NCBI GenBank assembly: GCA_026388545.1
Contig: JAPLJS010000105.1
Span: 2,507 to 66,506, forward strand
Reading direction: 5' to 3'
Length of the DNA: 64,000 bases
From: Deltaproteobacteria bacterium
GTDB taxonomy: Bacteria; Desulfobacterota; Syntrophia; Syntrophales; UBA2185
In this document: piece by piece, positions 1 through 8,785 of the stretch
How the letters are laid out: each line of letters begins with the position of its first letter
How positions within the stretch are numbered: the first letter of the stretch is position 1
Notes under the pieces: model-generated
The model's database searches: none
What the model was told of the DNA's origin: nothing
What the model saw: the letters and a program-made list of their open reading frames with translations, nothing else
Position numbers and translations under genes: made by a program

Positions 1-523
1 ATTGAAGCTCCTTCATGATGTCAGCGGCCTTTGCATTTCCAAGAAGCTTGTTCCTTAGCGGTCTATTTGTTGAGTGAACGGAAATATATAGTGGACTTAA
101 CCTCTGCTCAATAATGCGTCTTCTGTCTTCCTTGCTCAGATTTGCGAGCGTGATGTAATTCCCGTAAAGGAATGACATCCTGTAGTCTTCATCTTTTATG
201 TAGAGTGTTTTCCTCAACACTTTTGGAAGTTGTTTGACAAAACAGAATATGCAGTTATTTTTACATGTCATGACCTTGAAAGGTATAAAATCTACCCCAA
301 ATTCCTTATTGTCCTTTCTGACTATACGGATGTTAAAATTTTTTCCATCCCGTTTTACCTCTATTACGAGGTTATCGTCAGTACTGTAGAATATGAAATC
401 AATAGGGTCACGCAGTTTATGGGAGTTTATGGAGAGGAGAATATCGCCAGGGAGAAGACCCGATTTTTCGGCCAGACCGCCTGGATGAATATTATCTATT
501 TTTATGCTGTTTTTAGCCTGCAT
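1..523 (-). CDS. PDZ domain-containing radical SAM protein (DUF512 type), N-terminal part; the gene runs off the left edge
   Basis: Absent from the ORF track because it has no stop codon inside the window. My reverse-strand translation from the ATG (cat at 521-523) reads MQAKNSIKIDNIHPGGLAEKSGLLPGDILLSINSHKLRDPIDF...VMTCKNNCIFCFVKQLP...SFLYGNYITL. This gives a PDZ-like GLLPGDIL segment followed by a CxxxCxxC radical-SAM motif. The + ORF 230..574 is its antisense shadow. Confidence 0.8.
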   Translation of the reverse strand, partial: MQAKNSIKIDNIHPGGLAEKSGLLPGDILLSINSHKLRDPIDFIFYSTDDNLVIEVKRDGKNFNIRIVRKDNKEFGVDFIPFKVMTCKNNCIFCFVKQLPKVLRKTLYIKDEDYRMSFLYGNYITLANLSKEDRRRIIEQRLSPLYISVHSTNRPLRNKLLGNAKAADIMKELQ

Positions 524-646
524 GCGTCAGCTTTAACCCCCTATAAATGTAGTGAAGTCCGGAGAGTATTGTAATCCCTGCGGTCATCCACAGAGATGTT
601 GTCCCTTCCTTTAGTTGAAGTAGGAAGGACTCTCTTGCCCATATTA

Positions 647-1330
647 TTAAGCAGCCACCTCCTTCCAGTCAAGATTTTTTTGCCCTAAGGCAGCGATGAG
701 TTTTGGAATTTCCCTATAACCCTTCACACGCTTGAACTTCTTCTCTGCCCGTAAGAGCGCTGCCACAGCCCACCTCTGAACCATATCCCCGCCGTTCCAT
801 CTTTTCACTCGTCCAGTGATGGTGCGGGTCACAGAGAAGCAGGATTCTACAGGGTTTGTAGTCGAGAGGGTCTTCCTTAAAAGCCCTGTGACGCCCAAAC
901 GGTGCACAGTAAGGTCTCCTCAAGACCTTCCTTCAGGCTTGCCGCAGCAGATGGGTTAAGCCTCTCCATACTGCCTGTTTCATCTTCTTGGGGTTTTGAA
1001 ATGCCTTCCTTGTGTGTGTTTAGCGGTATCTCTTTATTGTCTACGCCTCTTAAACGAGGCCGGTCTATCAATACCTTCTGCCCATCGTAATACACTGGAC
1101 TGAGCTGGCTTCCCCACCAGTTTGCTGTCCTCAGAGGATTCCTTACGTTCTTCCTGCCGGCAATCCGCTCGCACTCAGAATCTATCACAGCCGATATAAG
1201 CATAAGCCCCACATCCTGTGACAATTCCTCTACCGCAGATTTTGAAAAAGATGGCTTCGAATATTGTTTGTTGCTTCCTTGAATTTTTGTTGGAATAAAC
1301 AGCTGTAGTGAGGAGGATATCTGTATTTCT
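647..1330 (-). pseudogene. Decayed DDE transposase remnant (frameshifted, catalytic core missing)
   Basis: Two overlapping - strand ORFs in different frames (877..1224 and 647..907). The first carries ...ISAVIDSECERIAGRKNVRNPLRTANWWGSQLSPVYYDGQKVLIDRPRLRG. After ...LEETL the frame shifts to HRLGVTGLLRKTLSTTNPVESCFS...RVKRW. This N-terminal helper region plus C-terminal TNxxES motif resembles IS256/mutator-like transposases, but only about 200 aa remain and no DDE core is visible. The reading frame stays open upstream of 1224 without a start codon. Confidence 0.55.
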
Positions 1331-1496
1331 CCTTTGGCTCAACTATTAACTGCAACATAGCAAGCTGTAATTGAGTTCCTGTCAAACTTGTCGAATATCC
1401 AACACTTCAACCGGCAATAGATCATCTTACCTGCAAATTAAGTTTGAAAATGAATCGAAATTGCAGTAGAATAAGACAAGTGAGCAAGGAGCAGAA

Positions 1497-1838
1497 ATGT
1501 CACTAGCTAAGAAATTTCAGCCACATTGCCCAGCCCTTGGTTGTTCCGGGGGTCATGCCGATCGTTTGCACGAAGTCTCATTAGAACAGATAGAGATACC
1601 TCAAGTAATTTTGGCTCGAAAGAGAGACACCGACAATCAAATATGGAGATGCAGTTATTGTGGTCTTGTTTGGCTTCAAAAGTCCACATCACGGCCCGGC
1701 TTCGACCCACTTCCGTTAGGTTACTACACCAATCTTGAATTTGCCCCTGTATATAACGCTTTTAAAATTCGAGAAGGAAATAAAGCGAACTATCCGTCAA
1801 GACGACCATGGCACAATCTCAAAAAGGCTAAGAGGTAG
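1497..1838 (+). CDS. Hypothetical small Cys-containing (zinc-ribbon-like) protein
   Basis: 113-aa ORF with a good SD (AAGGAG 5 nt before the ATG). Contains CPALGC and CSYCG cysteine pairs. No family recognised. Confidence 0.5.
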   Translation: MSLAKKFQPHCPALGCSGGHADRLHEVSLEQIEIPQVILARKRDTDNQIWRCSYCGLVWLQKSTSRPGFDPLPLGYYTNLEFAPVYNAFKIREGNKANYPSRRPWHNLKKAKR

Positions 1839-1923
1839 CAAAGTGAAGGTGTCAAGAAGAGACAAGAAGATTTTAGGCGGGTTAATGTTGTTTTTGTTCG
1901 CTCTTAATGTATATATATATATA

Positions 1924-2082
1924 TTACAGAGATAGCGGGGTGGTAGGGGATTGTCCTTCCTGGCGAAACCGATATGAAGGTGTAATTGTCAACAAGTTTT
2001 TGTTTTGTCCCCTTTTCAGGGAAGTAAAATGTCCCTGAACAACGGTTTCATATGTTCCCATCCTCACCGTTCTCTCCGTCAT
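1924..2082 (-). CDS. Candidate small ORF (52 aa), hypothetical
   Basis: Below the track threshold. The reverse strand reads GGAGGAAAAAC-ATG, then MTERTVRMGTYETVVQGHFTSLKRGQNKNLLTITPSYRFRQEGQSPTTPLSL. The strong SD is the only support. Confidence 0.3.
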   Translation of the reverse strand: MTERTVRMGTYETVVQGHFTSLKRGQNKNLLTITPSYRFRQEGQSPTTPLSL

Positions 2083-2172
2083 GTTTTTCCTCCAAAAAGG
2101 CATTCCCCCTAAATGTTTTTTGGCTATACCTGCTTGTTTTTTTCTTTAGCGTTTAAGCTTCCGTTTATTCTA

Positions 2173-2200
2173 TTGACTCACATTTTTTGCAGCGTACAAT
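2173..2200 (+). promoter_or_regulatory. Sigma-70-type promoter candidate for the Ada-like gene
   Basis: TTGACT (2173-2178), a 16-nt spacer, then TACAAT (2195-2200), about 20 nt upstream of the AAGGAGG SD of the 2220 ORF. Confidence 0.45.
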
Positions 2201-2219
2201 GAAATGAAGGAGGTGTATT

Positions 2220-2513
2220 ATGAAAAAGCTATTGGCAATTGGTATTATCCTTCTATTCTTTGCAACTTTTGCCTTTGGTGCCGAATTCTGGGCTTCTAAG
2301 AACTCCAACAAATACCATTATCCATCCTGTCAATACGCACAGAAGATAAGCCCGAAGAACCTCATCAAATTCGGCAGTTCCGAACAGGCTTTAAAGGCGG
2401 GGTATCAGCCATGCAAGATATGTAAACCACCAATATCGTCAAAAGTAGAGGACAATGAAACCCGGCATATCCATGTAGCAACCACCCAGATGGAACACAG
2501 AGGGGGTCAATAA
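2220..2513 (+). CDS. Secreted Ada-like metal-binding domain protein
   Basis: Signal peptide MKKLLAIGIILLFFATFAFG, then SNKYHYPSCQYAQKISPKNLIKFGSSEQALKAGYQPCKICKP. This is the YH-x-x-x-C ... CxxC pattern of small Ada Zn-binding-like proteins. Strong SD AAGGAGG. Confidence 0.8.
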   Translation: MKKLLAIGIILLFFATFAFGAEFWASKNSNKYHYPSCQYAQKISPKNLIKFGSSEQALKAGYQPCKICKPPISSKVEDNETRHIHVATTQMEHRGGQ

Positions 2514-2641
2514 CCATTATGCGGAATAGACTCTATCTTGCTATTCTTCTTTTCTTTGCTTGTACAGGTGCTCTCCATAGCATTTTTCAGGATTTTCCAT
2601 TTGAAAGTCAGAAAAAAATATGGAGGGGCAGCCCTCTATAC

Positions 2642-2740
2642 CTATTTCTTGGTTTTCGTTGCCTTCTTTGTCGTTGCCTTTTTTGTATCCTTCTTCGGTG
2701 CTGCCTTTGTTGCTCCACAACTTTTTACTCCACACGCCAT
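2642..2740 (-). CDS. Candidate small basic peptide (32 aa)
   Basis: The reverse strand has GAAGGAGGT, 7 nt, then ATG, reading MACGVKSCGATKAAPKKDTKKATTKKATKTKK. This frame differs from the 64-aa track ORF 2541..2735. Supported only by the SD and the clean Lys/Thr/Ala-rich composition. Confidence 0.3.
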   Translation of the reverse strand: MACGVKSCGATKAAPKKDTKKATTKKATKTKK

Positions 2741-3249
2741 ATTACCTACCTCCTTCATAACCCATGATATGCAAAACAGGAATTTTTGTCAATGATTATA
2801 TTGCAATTGCGAAGCCTCATAGGTGAAAAATTCTAATCCTTACCGGTAACTCACTTTGAAAAAAATGTGCAGGTGAAATTTGTTCATTGCTTACTATAAT
2901 GCTGTTTTTATTATATCCTTTTGATATGCAACATTATAAATGGTATTCAATAATTCTTTAAGTGACGAATCACTATTGCTTGACACCTTGCCTTAAAGGC
3001 ATCCGTTCAGCCTCGGGTTTTTAACCATAAAATAGGCACTTTCGTATTGATAGTATGCTTTTCTTGTGTTATTCATATCGCATGCTGAAAAGCAAATTCC
3101 TATCAGTAAAAAGAACGACATATAATTTTATCGACGTCGACTATTGTACCCCAATTGAGAGATCTTCAAATGATAAACAATTCATCTTATGGTAATGTGT
3201 TGAGGATGATCGACAACAGAAGTACGTTATCAGGCGGGAGGGATCGTTC

Positions 3250-4134
3250 GTGAGAATAGGTGGTTTTCAATTACGTGACCCTGTTCCAGAGTGCAATGAG
3301 CCTTACGTCCTTGCTACCCTTCGGCCATGGATAGATGTCAACAATGTTGGAAGTCTGGTCCTGAACGAACTGGAGGCGCGATACGGGGTCACGGAATTGG
3401 GGAAGCTATCCAAACCGGGCCACTTCTACGACTTCACGAGATACCGGCCTATTATCCATCTCGAAGAGGGTATTCGTGACCTGTCCATTCCCAATACAAC
3501 AATTCACTATGCGAGAAGAGAAGGACAGAATGATCTTCTCTTGCTTCGCCTCCTTGAACCTCATGCCCATTCAGAGCTCTATATTAGTTCTGTTTTGAAG
3601 CTTCTCAAAACTTTCAAAGCGAGGAAATATATTCTTCTGGGAAGTATGTATGATATGGTACCTCACACCAGACCTTTACTCGTCAGCGGATATGGAATGG
3701 GAGAAAAAGCGCGCCAGGATGTCAGGAAAGCCGGCGCCCTGCCCATTACTTATCACGGCCCTTCAACCATTGCGAATCTGATCACGAAAGAGGCAGCGGA
3801 ATCAGGGATTGAAGCAATCGTGTTCATCGTCTCTCTGCCCCAGTACATTGTGTTGGAGGAGGATTATCTGGGAAAGGTCAGGCTGATGGAAATATTGAAC
3901 GTACTTTATAACATCCCCTTCGATAAAGAAGACTTCGAAAAGGCTCTGGAGCAGCGCAATTTCATCAGCGCAAGAATGGAAAACTCTCCGGAGATTAAAA
4001 TGCTCCTGCCTCAACTTGAAAGCGCGTATGACATGCGGATCAAAGCGATGGAGGAAGGGGGAACACCACGCCTGACTTTCGAAATGGAAGAAATCTTCTG
4101 GAAAATAATAGGAAAAGATATAGGGAAAGCATAG
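3250..4134 (+). CDS. PAC2 (proteasome assembly chaperone 2-like) family protein
   Basis: 294 aa with a GTG start after GGGAGGG. The length and motifs (PWIDVNNVGSLV..., LLGSMYD, HGPSTI) are typical of the bacterial PAC2 family as I recall it. Confidence 0.8.
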   Translation: MRIGGFQLRDPVPECNEPYVLATLRPWIDVNNVGSLVLNELEARYGVTELGKLSKPGHFYDFTRYRPIIHLEEGIRDLSIPNTTIHYARREGQNDLLLLRLLEPHAHSELYISSVLKLLKTFKARKYILLGSMYDMVPHTRPLLVSGYGMGEKARQDVRKAGALPITYHGPSTIANLITKEAAESGIEAIVFIVSLPQYIVLEEDYLGKVRLMEILNVLYNIPFDKEDFEKALEQRNFISARMENSPEIKMLLPQLESAYDMRIKAMEEGGTPRLTFEMEEIFWKIIGKDIGKA

Positions 4135-4332
4135 TCCCCCTATACCCCCCTAACCTTTCTATCACCAGTTACTTTGTGGCTTTGCCTCTCCAACTTGCGA
4201 CTTTGCGAGTATCCGGCTTGGCTGACAATTTTATAATTTTAAGGATGTCCGTATGCCGTGTAGAACGTATGACTTGTTGGTTAAAGTCCAATCATGGGAA
4301 TTCAGCTCGTTCACCCATGTAGCAAGAGGGAG

Positions 4333-4944
4333 GTGTGAGGGGTAACCCAAAGCATTAAGTTCCCTGACAACGGCTCATTTAAGTGAGCCAAGCAAACCTG
4401 CGGGTTGCAGCGAAAGCGAACCCATATGTAGCCTCGTGATAATCAAGGGAGTCGTCGACCCTCTGGACGTTAGGGGAAGGCTGATACACCTGTTGTGAAC
4501 AATAACGAGCGTATGCAACAAGTGGACTTCCGGGGTGGCAGGGGTGACACGCAGGGGAAGCCATGCGGGGTAGCACGGGAGACCCTTTGAGATGCAGATA
4601 TGCAACTGATGGATATAAGGAAACGAAGTTCCATCGGGTCTTAAAGGGAGTCGGATGTGCCCATAGTACCGCTTGTATCTCAAGGACAACATAACCTTGA
4701 GAGAGGGAAGGGGCAATACCTTCATCATGCTTCTGAAGGAGAGAAGGAAAGGAGATTGCGGTAACGCTATCAACTCCAAAGGTTTCGGGAACTCCGGTGG
4801 AAGCTATGCCGGAAGGCCAAGCGAAAGCGAAAGCCTCTGGAAGAAGATGATTGGAAAGCCGTATTCGGGAAAACCGAACGTCCGGTTTGATGAGGGGGAG
4901 CTGGAAATAGAGCACTCAGCTACTACGCCAGCTCTCTACTCTAC
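4333..4944 (+). mobile_element. Group II intron-like RNA element with no intron-encoded protein ORF
   Basis: 5' GTGTG at 4333. Domain V-like AAGCCGTATTCGGGAAAACCGAACGTCCGGTTT at 4856-4888 (AGC triad, G-U wobble, 2-nt bulge, GAAA-type loop). A 3-nt linker follows. Domain VI helix GAGCTGG/CCAGCTC has an unpaired A at 4938, 7 nt from a ...CTAC 3' end at 4944. No RT/maturase ORF is present. Confidence 0.65.
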
Positions 4945-5223
4945 TGTACAACGCACCGGCTTTATTCATATTTTATCAAGATCAGCATTACTGATAACAA
5001 ATACAAAGCGAGAGGTAACTGATCGGGTCAGCTTATTGAATCCAGTTTGAAAGCGCGTATATGCAAGAAAGCCTATTTTTTTTCCCTGGAACGTACAGGC
5101 TCCTTCCTGAAGTCAATAGGCCTGCCTCTCTCGCATGGATACAAGAATTCAATGCGTAATGCTTACAGACGTATATGTGGGTGTCGAGCAGCGATGTCTT
5201 CTATGTTTTTCCAAAGAATTACC

Positions 5224-5253
5224 TTGACATATAAGAAAATCTCCCCCTATAAT
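5224..5253 (+). promoter_or_regulatory. Consensus sigma-70 promoter of the orphan operon
   Basis: TTGACA (5224-5229), an 18-nt spacer, then TATAAT (5248-5253). Both hexamers are perfect. It sits 70 nt upstream of the 5323 start. Confidence 0.6.
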
Positions 5254-5322
5254 TCCGCCATAAAAAGGTAAGTTCTACCAATTAATTCAATCAACCTTTT
5301 ATAGTGGCTTTGGAGATTTCTT

Positions 5323-5775
5323 ATGTCATGCATTCCTGAATGGGTTACTGCCATAGCTGCAACAGTAGCTGCGGGAGGTGTGATATTTGCTTTTCAGCAG
5401 TTCCGCCTGTCGAAAAAAATTGCTCAAGTTCAATTTGAAGACGGCTTGGCCAAAGAGTATCGAGATCTTGCAGGTGCCATTCCAACCAAGGCGATGTTGG
5501 GCGAGGATCTTTCAGAAACAGAGTATCAGGAGTCGTTCGGCAAGTTGTTCAGATACATCGACCTAACAAACGAGCAGGTGTCTCTTAGACAACGCGGCCG
5601 CATCAGTGAAGAGGTCTGGTGGTTTTGGTTGGCCGGCATTAAAGCAAACCTACGCCTTCCTGCTTTTCATCGCGCATGGACCGAAATTAAGAGCAGGAGT
5701 GAGAGCTTCCAGGAATTGCGTCGCCTCGAAAATGAAGATTTCAAGATTGATCCTGCAAAGTGGAAAAACACTTAG
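5323..5775 (+). CDS. Hypothetical membrane-anchored protein (single N-terminal TM helix)
   Basis: 150 aa; the hydrophobic N-terminus WVTAIAATVAAGGVIFAF is followed by a soluble helical domain. SD GGAG 7 nt upstream. No family recognised with confidence. Confidence 0.7.
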   Translation: MSCIPEWVTAIAATVAAGGVIFAFQQFRLSKKIAQVQFEDGLAKEYRDLAGAIPTKAMLGEDLSETEYQESFGKLFRYIDLTNEQVSLRQRGRISEEVWWFWLAGIKANLRLPAFHRAWTEIKSRSESFQELRRLENEDFKIDPAKWKNT

Positions 5776-5877
5776 CTTTTCGTTAATGGTGATACTTGAA
5801 AAACACATGTATAAATAAGAGAAAGTGAAATTCTGAAGCCTTTAACCTTACTTGAAGATAACATGGTCTGATTACCG

Positions 5878-5911
5878 AAACCCCGTTTCTATTAAAAGAG
5901 AGCGGGGTTTT
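5878..5911 (+). terminator. Hairpin / weak intrinsic terminator between the first and second orphan genes
   Basis: AAACCCCG, a 17-nt loop, then CGGGGTTTT. The T-run is short, so it may only attenuate. Confidence 0.4.
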
Positions 5912-5919
5912 GTGCTTCG

Positions 5920-8673
5920 ATGGAGATGATGATGAAACTAATAAAATTTTATATTATTGCCTCACTTTTCTTTTTTGCATCTGTTTCACCTACACTCGCC
6001 GAAACAAAAACTTTTGTTCGGGAATACACCTATCAAGCCAGTGAATTTGACAGCAAGGCATCGTGCAGAACGCTTGCTTTGGAACAGGTAAAGAGACTCC
6101 TGTTGGAAGAGATCGGCACTTATCTGGAAAGTTTAACTGAGGTCAACAACTTTCAACTGACGAAAGATCAGATCATTGTCTTAACGGCTGGCATCGTTAG
6201 AGTACAAGTCGTCGATGAAAAATGGGATGGGAAAGCTTATTACCTATTAGCCAAAATTACCGCCAACCCGGATGATGTTGCCAAGGCTATAGATAATCTA
6301 CGCAAGGATCGACAGAAAATAAAAGAATTGGAGCAAGCGAAAAGGAAATCAGATGATTTGTTTAAGCAAGTTGAAAATCTGCGCGAGGAATTAAGAACTT
6401 CGAAGAATAAAAAAACAAAAGCATTTCGCAAGAAACAAAACGAATATGAAAAGATGATCAACTCAGTGAATGCTATTGAATGGTTTAACCTTGGCATGCT
6501 TTCAGATGTAAGTCTATTTCAGGACGTCTCATCAATTAAATTCGATGATCAATACCGCGCAAACATGAAAGCAACCTACGAGCGTCAAATTTTTGCTTTC
6601 AGTAAGGCCATTTCATTGAACCCACATTACACGGAAGCATATGTTGAAAGGGGTGTTGCCTATTATTATAATGAACAATATCAGAAATCCCTCCATGATT
6701 TTAATAAGGCTATTGAGTTGAATCCTGAATTGGTTAGAGCTTACCAACAGCGAGCGGGGACTTATGCAAAACTCGGCAAATGCGACCAAATGATGAAGGA
6801 CTATTATCGTGCAATTACATTAGCTCCTAATGATCGTGATTATATTTATTTAAATACAACATCATGCGAATCAGAAGAATTTGGAATATCTGGTTTAGAA
6901 CAGGCAATTGAATATATTACTAAGGTAATAGAGTTCGACTATGAATTGGCTATTAGAGATTATGATAAAATTATAGAATTAAATCCAACATGGCATAATT
7001 ATAGATCTCGCGGGCAGTTATTTGTTGAGCTAAAAAAATATCATCAGGCTCTTCAAGACTATACCATGGCCATAAATAATTATAAGCAGCTGCGGCCTGC
7101 TGAACCCGCTATGTCCGCTGCCGCTCAAAAAACCGTAATAACCGTAGCCCCAGAAACAAATAAGAAGGATGGTGACAAGTCAGAACTCTACTTAGCAAGG
7201 AGGGAAATTTATGAAAATATTGGTGATAAAGAACATGCTGAGCAGGATTTAATAGAGGCTATTAAAGTGGATCCCGATGCGGCTCCTGTATCAAGAGCCG
7301 AGCGATTACTTAAACGTAGTCGATACGGTGACGCCATTCAAGCTATTAATGAGGATGTTGCATTAGCCATACGTATTATGCCTCAGAATTCCGACAGGTT
7401 GTTATTAGAAGGTTATGTATTTCGGTGTTTATGTTACTATCAGATGAAAAATTATAATAGAGCCCTGATTGAATGCACCGATGGTACAAAAAAAGATTCC
7501 GGAGATGTGGAAATTAGGTCAGCTCTTTATGTCATGCGATCAATTATTTATAGAAGCATGGGTGATTATAGAAATTCCCTAAGTGACTTGAACCAAGCCA
7601 TAGACATAAATCCACAAAAGTCTGAAATTTATATTTTACGCGGTATTTATTATCTAAAAAGAGATAGTTATCAAAATGCATTAAAAGATTTTGAAAAAGT
7701 GGCCGTACTGGATCCAAAAGATTGGAGGGGATCAATCCGGTCCATTTTAAACGAATGCAAAAAAAACGACAAGAGCAATCAACGCGTCCTCAAGGATATA
7801 TTCTACGAAGACTGTCACGATATTCCAAATAAATTTCAAATTCTTCAAAAGAAGTATCCCCAGTTTCAAAAAAGGTTTGCTCAAGTAGATAAAGTAATGG
7901 TGGTACCAGTAATTTCAAAAGAAAAAGAATGGTTCGTCATTGGTAAAGCTTTTTTCGAATCAGAAAATTATGAACGAGCCATAGATGCTTTCAGTAAAGC
8001 AATCAAGATTGCCCCCACTTATATTGACGCGTATCTTGAGCGTGGCACTGCTTTTCGAGAACTCAAGAAGTACAGAGAAGCCATTAAAGATTATGATCGT
8101 GTTATCGCGCTGGATCCTAAAATGGTAAAAGCTTATAGCAAGCGCGGGGATGCCTACCGTGAATTAAAGAATTATCAAAAAGCTATAAAGGATTTTGATG
8201 CCGCCATTGCACTTTCTCCCTTCGATACAGAATTGTACAATGGGCGCGGCTATATCTATGTCGAGCTTGGTAATTATCAGCAATCGATAACTGATTATAG
8301 TTCTGCGATTGAACTCGGCAATAAGAGCAAATATGTTTACCTCCAACGTGGAAGTAGCTATCATAAATTGGGGAAAAACATACAAGCCATAGAGGATTTT
8401 AATAAGGCTATCGAAATTGACTCGAAATATTATCTTGCTTACGCTTTCCGGGGGAGAACTTATCGCGAAATGAGATCCTATCAACAGGCGATAAAGGATT
8501 TCGATAAGGCTATTGAACTCAATCCACAAGAGGCCTTTTTTTATTTTAGTCGCGCTAACACTTATAATGATTTAAAAGATCTTCAACGGGCGATTATTGA
8601 CTATAAGGTTGCGGCAAGGCTTGGAAATGAAGATGCTCAGGAAATTTTAAAAATGATAAAAGAACATTGGTAA
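5920..8673 (+). CDS. Secreted TPR repeat protein
   Basis: 917 aa. Signal peptide KLIKFYIIASLFFFASVSPTLA (the likely real start is the ATG at 5932 after GGAG). An N-terminal roughly 120-aa globular domain and a coiled coil are followed by many canonical TPR units (A..Y..RG.AY..L..Y..AI.D...AI.L.P). Confidence 0.85.
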   Translation: MEMMMKLIKFYIIASLFFFASVSPTLAETKTFVREYTYQASEFDSKASCRTLALEQVKRLLLEEIGTYLESLTEVNNFQLTKDQIIVLTAGIVRVQVVDEKWDGKAYYLLAKITANPDDVAKAIDNLRKDRQKIKELEQAKRKSDDLFKQVENLREELRTSKNKKTKAFRKKQNEYEKMINSVNAIEWFNLGMLSDVSLFQDVSSIKFDDQYRANMKATYERQIFAFSKAISLNPHYTEAYVERGVAYYYNEQYQKSLHDFNKAIELNPELVRAYQQRAGTYAKLGKCDQMMKDYYRAITLAPNDRDYIYLNTTSCESEEFGISGLEQAIEYITKVIEFDYELAIRDYDKIIELNPTWHNYRSRGQLFVELKKYHQALQDYTMAINNYKQLRPAEPAMSAAAQKTVITVAPETNKKDGDKSELYLARREIYENIGDKEHAEQDLIEAIKVDPDAAPVSRAERLLKRSRYGDAIQAINEDVALAIRIMPQNSDRLLLEGYVFRCLCYYQMKNYNRALIECTDGTKKDSGDVEIRSALYVMRSIIYRSMGDYRNSLSDLNQAIDINPQKSEIYILRGIYYLKRDSYQNALKDFEKVAVLDPKDWRGSIRSILNECKKNDKSNQRVLKDIFYEDCHDIPNKFQILQKKYPQFQKRFAQVDKVMVVPVISKEKEWFVIGKAFFESENYERAIDAFSKAIKIAPTYIDAYLERGTAFRELKKYREAIKDYDRVIALDPKMVKAYSKRGDAYRELKNYQKAIKDFDAAIALSPFDTELYNGRGYIYVELGNYQQSITDYSSAIELGNKSKYVYLQRGSSYHKLGKNIQAIEDFNKAIEIDSKYYLAYAFRGRTYREMRSYQQAIKDFDKAIELNPQEAFFYFSRANTYNDLKDLQRAIIDYKVAARLGNEDAQEILKMIKEHW

Positions 8674-8785
8674 AAACAGCCAAATGCAAAAGATATTAGA
8701 ATTTGATCCAAAAACTTAGCTGACCGCTCATTCCACCCGGCTGTTTCCGCGGCGGGTGAATTCGACGTTAGGTACAGGAAAACCA

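Noticed and set aside
230-574. 114-aa + strand ORF at the left edge
   Set aside because: It is antisense to a much better reverse-strand reading frame (PDZ plus a CxxxCxxC radical-SAM protein) that the track omits because that frame has no stop in the window.
1909-1925. (TA)n microsatellite
   Set aside because: It is short (about 7-8 units) and sits in a non-coding AT-rich spacer. There is no evidence of phase-variable placement relative to a promoter or ORF.
4375-5050. 178-aa and 134-aa - strand ORFs and a 125-aa + strand ORF
   Set aside because: They overlap the group II intron-like RNA (domain V/VI signatures on the + strand). They have no SD, odd composition and no recognisable family, so I treat them as non-coding.
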